A DNA stretch of 64,000 bases from Squalus acanthias (GCA_030390025.1 CM059431.1:136960001-137024000); one strand, 5' to 3'; counted from the first letter of the stretch, positions 50,448 through 64,000 are shown. Made by a program: numbers and translations. The notes: generated by a model from the sequence alone, not told the origin.

Positions 50448-53400
50448 ATGGAAAAACTCCTTAGACCCGCTCGTCTCGACCTGGACCCGAATGCACCTGC
50501 GGCAGCAAAGGTATGGAAGCATTGGTTTCGTACCTTTAGCAACTTTCTTGAAGAATGTGGGGCGGATGTCCCTAATAAGTTACGAATGCTTATCAACTAC
50601 GTGTCTCCTCATGTGTATGATTATATGGAGGACTGTATAGACTATGACACTGCTATCGAAATCTTACAGCAGCTATATGTCAAGTCCCCAAATGAAATCT
50701 TTGCTCGACACCTACTGGCCACAACTCGGCAGCAGCCTGGGGAATCACTCGATGAATTTCTCCAGAAACTTCGCAGGCTGAGCAAGCATTGTAACCTTAA
50801 AGCAGTTTCAGCTGAACAGTATCAAGAGGAACTAATCCGCGATTCCTTTATCAATGGAATCGCGTCCCCTTTTATACGTCAGCGCCTGCTGGAAAATAAA
50901 ACCCTCAATTTACAGGCTGCTTATGACCAGGCGTGTTCCTTGGACTTGGCCAAGAAAAATGCAGACACTTATCTCCCACCACGTGCACGGGCGGCGGCTA
51001 TCTCCTTTAATGAGTCTTTCGGTAGGTCTCGGGCGGATGCCCCCACTGATGTTGACTCTACTCTAACAGACGACGACCCTACCCTAGAGGCCTTCGCTGA
51101 TGACGACCCCGCCCTAGCAGCATCCTGGCAATCAGGAAGAAAGTGTTTCTTTTGTGGAGGGGCGTGCCATCACAGAAAATTTTGCCCGGCTCGTAATGTG
51201 ACCTGCAATCATTGCAGCAAGAAAGGACACTTTTCCAAGGTATGCCAGTCACGGGCCTTTGCTAACAAGAAAGGCCACTCCTCTAAATTATACCGGTCGA
51301 GAGCTCCTGTTAGCTTCACAGCTTCTATCTATGGAGCTGCTCCTCCCCCAAGAACTACTGTTAAGGCTACAGTTGCCGAAGGGAAAATTGCCCCTCCTCC
51401 CATCACGGCTGTTTTTCCCCAAAGTTTGTCCCATGCAGCCACGAAGGTTTCAGTAAATGGGCACAATCTAAGCGCGCTAATCGACTCCTGCAGCTCTGAC
51501 AGCTTCATTAGTAAGCCGGCTGTCAACAGGTTAAAACTGCACATTTATCCCTCGGACAGGGAGATTGCAATGGCTCTGACGACTCTGACCACCAATTCTT
51601 CTGGCTTCTGTCTGGTCAACCTCATCCGCAACGGCCGCACGTATCTCTCCACCCGGCTCGGAGTACTCGCAAACTTATGCAGCGATGTGCTTCTGGGACA
51701 GGACTTCCAGAAGCAGCACAAGAAGATCACTTTTGAGTTTGGAGGGTCAAGGCCGGATCTTACCATTTCTAAGGTGTCGTTTTGTGCACTCTCGGCGGCC
51801 TTACTCGGTGAACCCTCCCTGTTTGCCAATCTTCCCCCCCGCTGTAAACCCATAGCCACCAAATCGCGGCGCTTTAGCCAAGATGATCGAGCGTTTATTG
51901 AGGCGGAAATCTCTCGCCTTTTAGTCGACGGTATTATCGAGCCATGTTCATCTCCCTGGCGGGCTCAGGTCGTCATCGTGAGGAATCCCTTAAAACAACA
52001 TAAAAAACGTCTGTGTATCGATTATTCGCAGACTATTAATCTATATACCGATCTGGATGCCTACCCGCTGCCACGCATAGATGACATGGTCAACAACCTT
52101 GCCAAATACATGGTGTTCTCGACCTTCGATTTAAAAAGTGCGTACCATCAGGTGCCACTGCAAGACTCCGACAAGAAATATACGGCCTTTGAGGCCAATG
52201 GTCGGCTTTTCCAGTTTCGCCGCCTTCCATTCGGGGTCACCAATGGGGTGGCCGTCTTCCAACGGGCCAGGGATGGCCTAGACCAGCAAGAGAACTTGAC
52301 GGATACCTTTCCGTATTTAGACAATATCACTATTGCCGGCCATGATCAAAAGGAGCATGACGCCAATCTTCAGAGATTTTTTGACGTACTCCGCCGTCGC
52401 CACTTAACATTAAACGAATCCAAATCGGTGAAGTCGGTGCCATCGGTGAATATTCTTGGCTACTGGGTGGGCAACGGTGTTATTAAACCGGACCCAGAGC
52501 GACTTCGTCCACTTCAGGAGCTCCCTCCCCCGACGAACCTCGGCTCTCGTCGTCGGGCACTTGGCATGTTTGCTTATTACGCAAAATGGATACCACACTT
52601 CTCCGATAAAATACAACCCCTGCTCCATGCGAAGTCTTTTCCATTGGAAGCTATGGCTATTTCTGCCTTCAACCTCCTCAAACGACAGCTGGAGAAAGCC
52701 ACGCTTCGCTCCATTGACGAAAATCTTCCTTTTGTGGTCGAATGCGATGCATCGGAGGTGGCGATCTCCGCTACCTTGAATCAAGGTGGCCGACCCGTGG
52801 CATTCCTATCCAGAACCTTGCAGGGTAGCGTGCTCTATTACCCCCCCGTCGAGAAGGAGGCTACGGCCATCATAAGGCTGTACGCCAATGGGGTCATTTT
52901 CTTGCTCGGCTTCATTTTACGCTTATAACTGACCAGCGCTCTGTGGCCTTCATGTTGGATAACCGGAGGCGCACGAAAATCAAAAATAATAAAATTCAAC
53001 TCTGGAGGATGGAGCTGGCTGCCTTTGGATATACTATCTGTTACCGACCCGGCAAACAGAACGTGGCCCCAGATACCTTCACACGGGCATTTTGCTCCTC
53101 AATGTCAACGTCGACTCTGGCGGATTTGCATATGGACTTATGCCATCCTGGTGTGACCCGCATGTTGCACTTTGTGCGCTCCAAAAATCTACCATTTTCA
53201 ACCGAGGACGTAAAGAAAACATGCTCCTCCTGTAGGATTTGTGCAGAATTGATACCACAATTCTTTCGCCCATCAGATGGCTTACTCATACATGCAATGC
53301 AGCCTATGCAGAGGCTCAGCATAGACTTTAAAGGGCCATTGCCTTCGTCGAGAAGGAACACCTACCTACTTACGATGGTGGACAAGTATTCACGCTTTCC

Positions 53401-54746
53401 CTTCGCCTTCCCCTGCCCTAATATGCTTACCTCTACGGTAATTAAATGCCTCGATCAGGTCTTTTCCCTTTGCGGGACGGCCAATTTTATCCACACTGAT
53501 CGGGGTCCCTCCTTTATGTCGAGTGAACTTAAAAGTTATCTCTCCCAACGGGGAATCGCCTCAAGTAGGACGACACCATGGCCCAGAAATTGATCTCGCT
53601 CTGTTCCCGCGGGGGTAAGGCTTCCCCGCAATCTCTCACTCCGCTTGTGCTTTTTCAGATCCAGCTCGCACGAACTTGATGTTCCAGACATCAGCTGGGC
53701 AGTGCTTGCGTATCCCACCGGCGTAGTGAATTCGTGCGAGCTGTGGGATCACGTGACTCAGTTAGAGCCAATGGCAGCACACCATCTTCCATTCATAAGT
53801 TTCACTTACGTGCTGTGAAATCTATGAATCTTACACCACCCCAAAATAACAGCTAAACCTCAATTAAATTAAAAAAAAACCATCACATTAATAAAATAAG
53901 TATAGTTAAATAAATTAACCATTTTAAATAAAAAATTACATTTTTGAAAAGATTTCAAATCTTTTAAAAATTTATAAAAATAAACTTACCTGTCTTTAAA
54001 GTCTCTAAAAAAGATATACCTGTTAAAAAAAATTCAAAAAAATACTTAATTCACTACTTACCTTGTTAAAAGTGGTTCTTACTCCTCCTTTTTCCATTTC
54101 TAAAATCTTCCGTACTTACCTGCGCGTCCAAAGCATGAAGTGCACAGCATGCGCGCAGCCTGTAGCGCACACGCGATGCAACGAGGAACTGCCCCCTTTT
54201 CAAAAGACCAATTGCCGGTTTTCAGCGCATGCGCAGGGCATGCAGAAAACCGGCAATTGGAGAGTGAATACGCGAGAGTACGCAGTGCGTACTCTCGCGC
54301 ACCGGGATGAATTTTTGGCCCCATATCACCCAATTGGTAACGGACAGGTTGAATGATACAATGCCATCATCTGGAACGCTATCCGTCTGGCACTAAGGTC
54401 ACGCAACCTGCCGGACCAGCAGTAGGAAACGGTGCTCACCAACGCGTTACACTCTAACAGGTCTCTTCTCTCCACATCTACTAATGTCACGCCTCATGAG
54501 CGATTCTTCAAATTCCGGCGTCGCTCTACACATGGGACGTCTCTACCGTCATGGTTGGTGGCTCCAGGCTCGGTACTACTCCGGAGGTTCGTCCGGTCTG
54601 CCAAAAACGACCCTCTCATTGACGAGGTGGAGTTAACGGAGGTGAACCCCACGTATGCGCACGTACGGTACCCTGATGGCCGGGAGACCACCGTCTCGCT
54701 CCGAGATCTGGCTCCCTGCCTAACCGGTCACACAGGGCCCGAATGA
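50448..54746 (+). pseudogene. Gypsy gag-pol polyprotein (single ORF) with frameshift near 52875, stops and a MITE in integrase
   Basis: Two CCHC-like knuckles, protease LIDSC, RT YLDN, RNase H CDAS, IN HHCC and IDFKGP, DRG, YHPIGNGQVE. Confidence 0.92.
53580..54321. mobile_element. Non-autonomous DNA transposon (MITE), PIF/Harbinger-like
   Basis: Imperfect TIRs GGCCCAGAAATT / AATTTTTGGCCC; TSD CAT (or CCAT); removal restores integrase TTPYHPIGNG. Confidence 0.8.
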
Positions 54747-55499
54747 TGAAGGATCCCCCGACAATGATATCAACACTCCGCAACCCTATGAAAATGACGC
54801 CCCGCCTGGGACATCGGGGGATCTGCCGGCAACGCTACCGGATCAACTCAGGTAGCTGGACGCTCCCCGTAGGATGGCCACCCGAAACCAGGACGCCGGA
54901 CAATCTCCAGCCACGACCCGGGATGAGGCCAGCTCAGCACCTGTGGGGACCCGCACCCGGAGTCATGATATTCCCAGTCCTCCACAGGATGATCAAGATG
55001 ACGCGGACTCTACTGACTTACCGGTACGGGCCAAGTGACCCAGGCACCAGGACACGGTCCGGGGAGACGTACCTTCCAGTCACAAGCAGAGAGCTAAACG
55101 TCTGCGGCTATTTCTGGTCCGCCTAGTCCATTAAAGGAAGACTGGACTTCCAAACCTTTTAGGGAGGAAGAATGTCATAAATCGCAAGTAACAACTCAGG
55201 AAGTACTACTAGGCGGCCAGCTGGGGCGCCGTCCAGGGAGTATAAATACTCAGGCATGGGCCCACCTTGGGCAGAGACAATCTGGAAACAGGAAGCTAGT
55301 GACTGCTAACTAGACCTCCATGTTTTGTTACAAGTTGATTAAAGCCTTGCTTTATGTTCAAGTGCGTAGTGAGTCTTTATTACGTCATACCCTTTACCTG
55401 CGGTGTGACCAACTCGCTAAACGTGTTATTCACGACGTTCTCAGCGTCGCGAATGCTCCAATATGCATCCATCAGCAGCTCCAGCGCCGCAATGCGGTC

Positions 55500-56172
55500 T
55501 ATAATTCCCCTTTTTCTCTCTTCTACCTTTTTAAAAGAGTGGGGTTACATTAGCTACCCTTCAATCCATGGGAACTGTTCCAGAGTCTATAGAATTTTCG
55601 AAGATGCCCAGCAATGCATCTAGTATTTCTAGAGCCACTTCCTTAAGTACCCCAGGATGTAGATTATCAGGCCCATGGGATTTATCAGCCATCAATCCCG
55701 TCAATTTCCCTAACACCATTTCCCTAAAAATACTGATTTTATTCAGTTCTTCCCTCTCATTAGACCCTATGTTCCCCGACATGGTTGGGAGGTTATTTGT
55801 GTCTTCCTTTGTGAAGACAGAACAAAAGTATGTACTTAATTGGCCTGCCATTTCTTTGTTCCCCATTATAAATTCCCCTGATTCTGACTGCAAGGGACCT
55901 ACGCTTGAATTCACCAATCTTTTTCTCTTCACATATCTATCGAAGCTTTTAAAGTCAGTTTTTAGGTTCCTGCAATCTTACTTGCTTACTCTATTTTCCC
56001 ACTCTTTATTAATCCCTTTGTCCTCCTTTGGTGTGTCCTAAACTGCTCCCAATCCTCTGGTTTGCTGTTTTTCTGGCCATTTTGGATCTTATGGCATCCC
56101 TAATTTCCCTTGTTAGGCACGGTTGAGTCACCTTTTTTGTTTTATTTTTTTGCCAAACAGGAATGAACAATT
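55500..56172 (-). mobile_element. CR1 ORF2 internal fragment
   Basis: YFCSVFTKED, KSHGPDNLHPGVLKE. Confidence 0.85.
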
Positions 56173-57691
56173 TCCACTTTAAAAGGTGCACGTGATGTAA
56201 AGACTCATTCTTTAAAAAGAGTCCCTGAAGCTGAAACATCTTTTTAAAAAGATGTTGAGCCTCTTTAAAAGGCGTCCCTAAAGGGGAGATTATCTCTTTA
56301 AAAGTGGACCCTGATATAAAGACTCTCTCTTTACAAAGATTCCCCGAGGGTGCGACCCCCTCTTTAAAGGGGTCCCTGATAAAAAGACACTCTCTTTAAA
56401 TTGGGTTCCTCATGGTGAGACTCCCTCTTTAAAAGGGGTCACTGTGGTGAGACTCCCTCTTTAAAAGGGGTCCCTGATAGTAAGACTCACTCTTTAAAAG
56501 GGATCTCAGGTGGTGAGACTTCTTCTTTAAAAGGGGCCCCTGAAGATGAGACTCACTTTTAAAAGGTGTCCCTGATGGAGACACTCCCTCTTTAAAAGGG
56601 GTCCCTGATGTTGAGAAACCTTTTTAAAGGTTGTCCCTGAAAGGAAGATTCTCTTTAAAAGGGGCCCAAGTTGTTGAGACTCCCTCTTTAAAAGGGGTCC
56701 CTGATGGGGAGACTCTATCTTTCAAAGGTATCCATGATAGAAAGACGCCCTCTTTAAAAGGGGTCCCTGATGGAGACTCCCTCTTTAAAAGGATTCATAA
56801 ATGGGGAGACTCTCTCTTTAAAAGGGGTCCCTGATGGAAAGACTCCCTCTTAAACGGGTCCCTGATGTTCCGACTTCCTTTTTAAAAAGGGTCCCTGATG
56901 GAGCGACTCCCTCTTTGAAAGGGTTGCCTGATGGAATGACTCCCTCTTTAAAAGGGGTCCCTTATGGGGAGAAACTCTCTAAGAAAGGTTCCCTGATGCT
57001 GAAACACTCTCTTTTAAAGGGGTCCCTGATGGTGATACTCTCTCTTTAAAAGGAGTCCCTAATAGGAAGATTCACTTTAAAAGGTGTCCTTGATAGAAAG
57101 ACACCCTTTTAAAAAGGGGTCCTTGATAGAAAGACCTCTCTAAGAGGGGTCCCTGATGGTGAGACTCCCTCTTTAATTTGTTCCTGATGCTGAAACACCC
57201 TCTATCAAACGGGTCCCTGATGGTGAGCCTTTTTAAATGGGGCCCCTAATTGGGAGGCACTCTCTTTGAAAAGAGTCCCTTCTTGTGAAACTCCCTCTTT
57301 AAAAGTGACCCTGATGGTGAGAATCTCTCTTTAAAAACGATCCCTGTTGGTGAGACCCCATCTTTAAAATGGGTCCCTGAAGGAGAGAATCCATCTTTAA
57401 AAGGTGCCCCTGATGGCGAGACTCTCCGTAAATGAGGTCCCTGATGGTCAGACTCCCTCTTTAAATGGGACCCCTTATGATGAGACTCCCTCTTTAAAAG
57501 CGGTCCCTGATGGTGAGATTATCTCTTTAAAATGGGTCCCTGATGGTGAGTCTCCCTCTTTATAATGGGATCTGATGTTGAGAATCCCTCTTTTAAAGGG
57601 TTCCTGATGGCGAGACTCCCTCTTTAAAAGGGGTCCCTGATGGTGAGATTCTGTCTTAAATAGGGGTCCCTGATGGTGAGACTCCCTCTTT
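56172..57691 (+). repeat. 33-bp satellite
   Basis: Tandem monomers. Confidence 0.93.
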
Positions 57692-58317
57692 GATGCCATT
57701 CTTATCGAAGGTCTTCCATTCAATTCTTAATATTGGCTTAACTGGTTATTAGCAGACGTCGTGTCTCCTAACATTTCCATTTTCAGTACGAACACAATGA
57801 GATTGCTTGCTGTCATCTATTGATGTAATATTTTCAAAGTGTTCTGTTGTCTACATATTCACAATATGTAAATCAAAACTAATTCAACCAGGGCGTTTGT
57901 TTTCCTACCCATCTTAGTTGGTTATATATATAATCGTTTTTCCTGTTTAATTTGATGTCACTTTTATCAAAGGCACATATTTTTTTAATATACAATGTTC
58001 CTGTTCGAAGTGTTAGTTTTTACCATTTAACTTGGGCATTGCTATTGTGTTGGTTCCATACTTCAGATTCCTTGGAAACTACAACCCTCTATTTCAATGA
58101 GGCCATTGTCTCAGTATTTACTACCATTTCCCATTTCAAAGCTTGTGTGGTGTTAACAACTTTTGTTAAAATTGATCTTATCTCAGAAGACTGTGTTCTG
58201 TTTGCAGCCTGTGTCGTTGAGGCTTTTAGATTTTTAAACCTATTTAGTCATATTTTAATAAAGTCTGAATTCTATTGGTAGGATTGTGTATTTTTCTGAA
58301 ACATGGCTCATTCCTTT

Positions 58318-60913
58318 AGAGTCTCATCATCTTAAAGAGGGTGTCTGACCATCAGGGACCCTTTTTAATGAGAGAGTCTCTCCACCAGGGACCCCTTTTG
58401 AAGAGGGTGTATCACCATCAGGGACCCTTTTTAAAGACGTTGTCTCACCATCAGGGACACCTTTTAAAGAGGTTGTCTCACCATCAGTTACCTCTATTGA
58501 AGAGCGAGTCTATCTATCAGGGAGCCCTTTTAAAGAGGTTGTCTCACCATCAGGGTCCTCTTTTAAAGAGAAGTCTCACCATCAGGGACCGCTTTAAGGA
58601 GAGAGTCTTTCTATCAGGGTCCCCTTTTAAAGAGGGAGTCTCACCATCAGGGACCCCTTTTAAAGAGAATCTTCCTGCTAGGCACATCTTTTAAAGAGAG
58701 AGTCTGACCATCAGGGACACCTTTTAAGGTGGGAGGGTGTCCATCCGGTACATCTTTTAAAGAGGGAGTCTCCCCAACAGGGACACAGTTTAAAGAGGGA
58801 GTCTCATCATCAGGGATCAATTTTAAACAGAGAGGCTCGCCATCAGGGACCCATTTTAAAGAGGGTGTCTCACCTTCAGGGACCCCTTTTAAGGAGGGAG
58901 TATCCCCTTCAGGGACACTTTTAATGAGCGAGTGAAACACCAGGGATGCCTTTTAAAGAGAGAGTCTCGCCATCAAGGGACGCATTTTAAAGAGGGAATC
59001 TTTCCACAAGGGACACCTTTTAAAGAGAGAGTATCGCCATTATGGGACACTTTTAAAGAGGGTGTCTCATAATGAGGGATCCCTGTAAAGAGATAGACTC
59101 ACCAACAGGAACCCCTTTCAAATAGAGAGTTTTTCGATCAGGGGCCCATTTTAAAGAGAATCTTCCTACTAGGCACACCTTTTAAAGAGAGAGTCTCACC
59201 ATCAGGGACTCATTTTAAAGAGGACGTTTCAACATCATGGACTCCTTTTAAAGAGAGAATCTCACCATCAGGTAAACTTTTAAAGAGGGTGTATCCTCTT
59301 CAGGGACCCTTTTTAATGAGAGAGACCCTCCACCAGGGACCCCTTTTCAATAGGGAGTCTCACCATCAGGGACCCATTTTAAAGAGGGAGTCTCACCATC
59401 AGGGACCCATTTTAAAGATAGAGTGTTTCTATCAGGGACCCCTTTTAAAGAGGGCCTCTTTCTATCAGGGACCACTTTTAAAGAGAGAGTCTTCACATCA
59501 GGGATCCCTTTTTAAGAGGATGTTTCAGCATGAGGGAGCCCTTTTAGAGAGTGTCTCAACATCAGGTGCCCCATTTAAAGAAGGAGTATCCCCTTCAGAT
59601 ACCCTTTTAATGAGAGAGTCTCGCAATCAAGGGACCCCTTTTAAAGAGGGTGTCTCACCATCAGGGATACCTTTAAAGAGAGAGTCTCACCATCAGGGAG
59701 CCTTTTTAAAGAGGGCGTCTCACCAGCAGGGACCCCTTTTAAAGAGAGAGATTTTCTATCAGGGACCCCTTTTAAAGAGGGAGTCTCAACCTCGGGGACC
59801 CATCTTAAAGAGAGAGTCTTTCTATCAGGGACCCCTTTTAAACAGGGCGTCTTTCTATCAGGTACCCCTTTTAAAGAGGCTGACCATCAGGTACCACTTT
59901 TAAAAAGGGTGTTTCAACATCAGGGACCCTTTTTAAAGCGGGAATCTTTCTATCAGGGTCCCCTTTTAAACAGATTCTGCCCATTAGGGACCCCTTTTAA
60001 AGAGGTTCACCATCAGGGACCCCTTTTAAAGAGAGGCTTTCACCATCACGGAGCCCTTTTAAAGAGGTCGTCTCACCATAAGGGATCCCTTTTACAGAGG
60101 GGGTCAGACCATTATGGACTCCTTTTAAAGAGAGAGTTTCACCATCAGGTACCCCTTTTCAAGCAAGAGTCTCATCATCAGAGACCCTTTTAAAGAGGGC
60201 GTCTTTCTATCAGGGAGCCCTTTTAAAGAGAGTCTTTCCATTAGAGATCACTTTTAAAGATGGAGTCTCACCAGCAGGGATCAATTCAAAGAGAGAGTCT
60301 TTCTGTCAGGGACCCCTTTTAAAGAAAAAAGTCTTTCTATCAAGGTCCCCTTTTAGAGAGAGTCATTCTATCAGGGACACGTGGTAAAGCGGGAATCTCA
60401 CCATCAGGCACCCATTTTAACGAGGGTGTTTCAGCATCAAACACACCATTAAAAGAGTAAATCTTGACATCAGGGGCCCATTTTAAAGAGGGAGTATCCC
60501 CGTCAGGGTCCCATTTTATTGAGAGAGTATCACCAAAAGGGATCCCTTTTAAAGCGGGAGTCTGACCATCAGGTACCCTTTTTAAAGAGGGTGTTTCAGC
60601 ATCAGGGACCCCTTTTAAACAGAAGTCTCAGCATCAGGGTACCGTTTAATGATGGAATCTCACCATCCGGGACACCTTTTAAAGAGATCGTCTCACCATC
60701 CGGGACCCCTTTTAAAGAGAGAGTCTCGCCATCAGAGAACCTTTTTAAACAGGAAGTCTCACCATCAGGGAAACATTTTAAGGATGGAGTCTCAACAGCA
60801 GGGGACACTTTTAAAGAGGGAGTATTTCAATCAAGGGCCCCTTTTAAAGTGAAAGACATTTTATCAGGGACCCCTTTTAAAGAGAATCTTCCTATTAGGC
60901 ACACCTTTTAAAG
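58318..60913 (-). repeat. 33-bp satellite, inverted orientation
   Basis: GAGGGAGTCTCACCATCAGGGACCCCTTTTAAA monomers. Confidence 0.95.
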
Positions 60914-63573
60914 ATGTTAATCAAGGATAGTTTAACAGCGGCAGAAAGGCAGTTCGAGGGGGATCTGCCGTCTGAGGTAATATGGGCTGAAGTTAGAAAT
61001 AGGAAAGGAGCGGTCACGTTGTTAGGAGTTTTCTACAGGCCCCCAAATAGTAATAAAGATGTGGAGGAAGAAATTGCAAAGCAGATTATGAATAGGTGTG
61101 GAGGTCACAGAGTAGTTGTCATGGGTGACTTCAACTTTCCAAATATTGATTGGAACCTTTATAGGTCAAACAGTTCGGATGGGATAGTTTTTGCACAGTG
61201 TGTGCAGGAGGGTTTCCTGACACAATATGTGGATAGGCCGACAAGAGGTGGGGCCACGTTGGATTTGGTACTGGGTAATGAACCGGGCCAAGTGTTTGAT
61301 TTGTATGTGGGAGAGCACTTTGGAGATAGTGACCACAATTCGGTAACTTTCACTATTACAATGGAGAGGGATAGGGCCATACGGCAGGGCAGGGTTTATA
61401 ATTGGGGGAGGGGTAATTATGATGCGATTAGGCAAGAATTAGGGAGTATAAGATGGGAACAGAAACTATCAGGGAAAGGCACAAACGAAAAGTGGAGCTT
61501 TTTCATGGAGCAATTACTGCGTGTCCTTCATAGGTATGTCCCTGTCAGGCAGGGAGGAAATGGCCGAGTGAGAGAACCATGGTTCACAAAAGAGGTTGAA
61601 TGTCTAGTCAAGAGGAAAAAGGAAGCGTATGTAAGGATGAGAAAACAAGGTTCAGTTGGGTCGATTGAGGGGTACAAGGTAGCAAGGAATGAGCTAAATA
61701 AAGAGCTTAGGAGAGCTAGGAGGGGGCATGAGAAGTCCTTGGCGGGTCGGATCAAGAAAAATCCCAAGGCTTTTTACTCTTATGTGAGAAATAAAAGAAT
61801 GACCAGGGTGAGGGTAGGGCCGGTCAAGGACAGTAGTGGGAACTTGTGCATGGAGTCAGAAGAGATAGGAGAGGTGATGAATGAATACTTTTCGTCAGTG
61901 TTCACCGAGGAGAGGGGCCATGTTCTTGAGGATGAGAGTGTGATAAAGGTGGATAGGCTGGAGGTGGTAGATGTTCTGAGGGAAGATGTTTTAGCAATTT
62001 TGAAGAACCTGAGGGTCGATAAGTCCCCTGGGCCAGATGGGATATATCCTAGGATTCTTTGGGAGGCAAGGGAGGAGATTGCAGAGCCTCTGGCTTTGAT
62101 CTTTGGGTCCTCACTGTCCACGGGGATGGTGCCAGAGGACTGGAGAGTGGCGAATGTTGTTCCTCTCTTCAAGAAAGGAAATAGGAATGACCCTGGTAAT
62201 TATAGGCCGGTTAGTCTTACTTCAGTGGTTGGTAAGATAATGGAAAAGGTCCTGAGGGATAGGATTTATGACCATTTGGAAAGGGGCAACTTAATCAGGG
62301 ATAGTCAACACGGATTCGTGAAGGGTAAGTCTTGCCTAACAAATTTGATTGAATTCTTTGAGGAGGTAACTAAGTGTGTAGATGAAGGTAGAGCAGTTGA
62401 TGTCGTATACATGGATTTCAGTAAGGCGTTTGATAAGGTTCCCCATGGTCGTCTCATGAAGAAAGTAAGGAGTTGTGGGATAGAGGGAAATTTGGCCGAT
62501 TGGATAAGTAACTGGCTAACTCATAGAAGGCAGAGGGTGGTGGTGGATGAAACATTTTCGGACTGGAGACCAGTTACCAGCGGTGTGCCACAGGGGTCGG
62601 TGCTGGGTCCTCTGCTGTTTGTGATTTTTATCAATGACTTGGAGGAGGGGACTGAAGGGTGGATCAGTAAATTTGCTGATGACACCAAGATTGGTGGAGT
62701 AGTGGATGAGGTGGAGGGCAGTTGTAGGCTGCAAAGAGACATTGATAGGATGCAGAGCTGGGCCGAAAAATGGCAGATGGAATTTAACCCTGATAAGTGC
62801 GAGGTGATTCATTTTGGTAGGGCAAATTTGAATAAGGATTACAGGGTCAACGGCAGGGTTCTGAGGAACGTGGAGGAGCAGAGGGATCTGGGGGTTCATA
62901 TCCACAGATCTCTGAAGGTTGCCACTCAAGTGGATAGAGCAGTAAAGAAGGCCTATGGTGTGTTAGCGTTTATTAACAGAGGGTTTGAGTTTAAGAACCG
63001 TGAGGTTATGCTGCAACTGTACAGGACCTTGGTGAGACCACATTTGGAATATTGTGTGCAGTTCTGGTCACCTCACTATAGGAAGGACGTAGAAGCATTG
63101 GAAAGAGTGCAAAGGAGATTTACCAGGATGCTGCCTAGTTTGGGGGGGAGGTCTTATGAGGAAAGATTGAGGGAGTTGGGGCTTTTCTCTTTAGAGCGGA
63201 GGAGGATGAGAGGCGACTTAATAGAGGTTTATAAGATGATGAGGGGGATAGATAGAGTGGATGTTCAGAGACTATTTCCTCGGGTAGAGGCAGCTGTTAC
63301 AAGGGGGCATAACTATAAGGTGCATGGGGGGAGATATAGAAGGGATGTCCGAGGTAGATTCTTTACTCAGAGAGTGTTTGGGGTGTGTAATGGACTGCCT
63401 GCTGTGATAGTGGAGTCGGACACTTTAGGAACTTTCAAGCGGTTATTGGATAAGCACATGGAGCACACCAGAGTGATAGGGAGTGTGATAGCTTGATCTT
63501 GGTCTCGGACAATGCTCGGCACAACATCGAGGGCCGAAGGGCCTGTACTGTGCTGTACTCTTCTATGTTCTAT
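60914..63573 (+). mobile_element. Young 5'-truncated CR1 LINE with uninterrupted 860-codon partial ORF2
   Basis: Endonuclease C-part, RT FADD, C-terminus, (TTCTAT)-type tail. Confidence 0.95.
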
Positions 63574-63959
63574 AGAGTCTCACGATCAGGGACACCTTTT
63601 AAAGATGGAGTCTAACCATCAGGGACCCCTTTTAAAGAGGGAGTCTCACCATCCGCGGCCCCTCTTAAAGAGGGAGTCTTCCTGTCAGGGAACCATTCTA
63701 AAGCTAGTGTCTCTCGACCATTGACCTCTTTTAAAGAGGGTGTCTCATCATCAGGGACATCATTTAAAGAGAGAATCTCACCATCAGGGAACCCTTTTAA
63801 AGACAGAATTCCGCCATCAGGGATCCCATTTTAAGAGGGAGTCTTTCTATCAGGGAGCCCTTTTAAAGTGGGAATCTCACCATCAGAGACACTTTTAAAG
63901 AGGGAGTATTTCTATCAGAAAGCCCTTTTAAAGAGAGTCTTACCATCAGGGATCACTTT
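63574..63959 (-). repeat. 33-bp satellite, inverted orientation
   Basis: Tandem monomers. Confidence 0.93.
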
Positions 63960-64000
63960 TAGAAACATAGAATCATAGAAGATAGGAGCAGGTGTAGGCC
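63960..64000 (-). mobile_element. 3' tail of another CR1
   Basis: AGAAACATAGAATCATAGAAGATAGGAGCAGG matches the tails at 31726 and 33133. Confidence 0.75.

Larger units (their letters stand above)
50133..55387 (+). mobile_element. Complete-structure Ty3/Gypsy LTR retrotransposon, defective
   Basis: 215-bp LTRs (50133-50347, 55173-55387; TG...CA; 2 differences); TSD TACCC (50128-50132, 55388-55392); PPT AGGGAGGAAGAA at 55161-55172; order PR-RT-RH-IN. Confidence 0.97.

Noticed and set aside
58341..60911. (RESHHQGPLLK)n and (GVSPSGTPFKE)n ORFs as repeat proteins
   Set aside because: Artefact of the 33-bp period; frequent stops and shifts on both strands.
60914..63496. 860-aa ORF as an autonomous or domesticated gene
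   Set aside because: It starts mid-endonuclease at the satellite junction and has no ORF1 or promoter; it is simply a young truncated insertion.
25113..63959. 33-bp repeats as a CRISPR array
   Set aside because: Monomers are contiguous with no unique spacers, there are no cas genes, and the context is eukaryotic.

Overview
Eukaryotic, repeat-saturated DNA with no recognisable host protein-coding gene. The repeat repertoire suggests a cartilaginous fish (inference). From left to right: (1) a decayed endogenous retrovirus on the minus strand with 5' LTR, tRNA-Ser PBS, gag-(TGA)-pro-pol, a small intact transmembrane ORF and a gamma-type env; its 3' end lies outside the window. (2) A degenerate tRNA neighbourhood: two intron-containing tRNA-Pro(CGG) pseudogenes in a duplicated SINE+tRNA unit, plus a tRNA-Thr(TGT)-like gene. 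(3) Related 28/29-bp minisatellites. (4) A 33-bp satellite array invaded by CR1 LINEs, a Penelope-like element carrying a hammerhead ribozyme, and a Gypsy LTR retrotransposon. About 13.2 kb of this array is tandemly duplicated, and the satellite switches strand around a ~620-bp spacer near 58 kb. The most striking signal is that the Gypsy element has no tRNA PBS; its PBS position is instead perfectly complementary (13 nt) to its own LTR poly(A)-signal region, which suggests self-priming. All calls were made by eye, and boundaries of old fragments are approximate.
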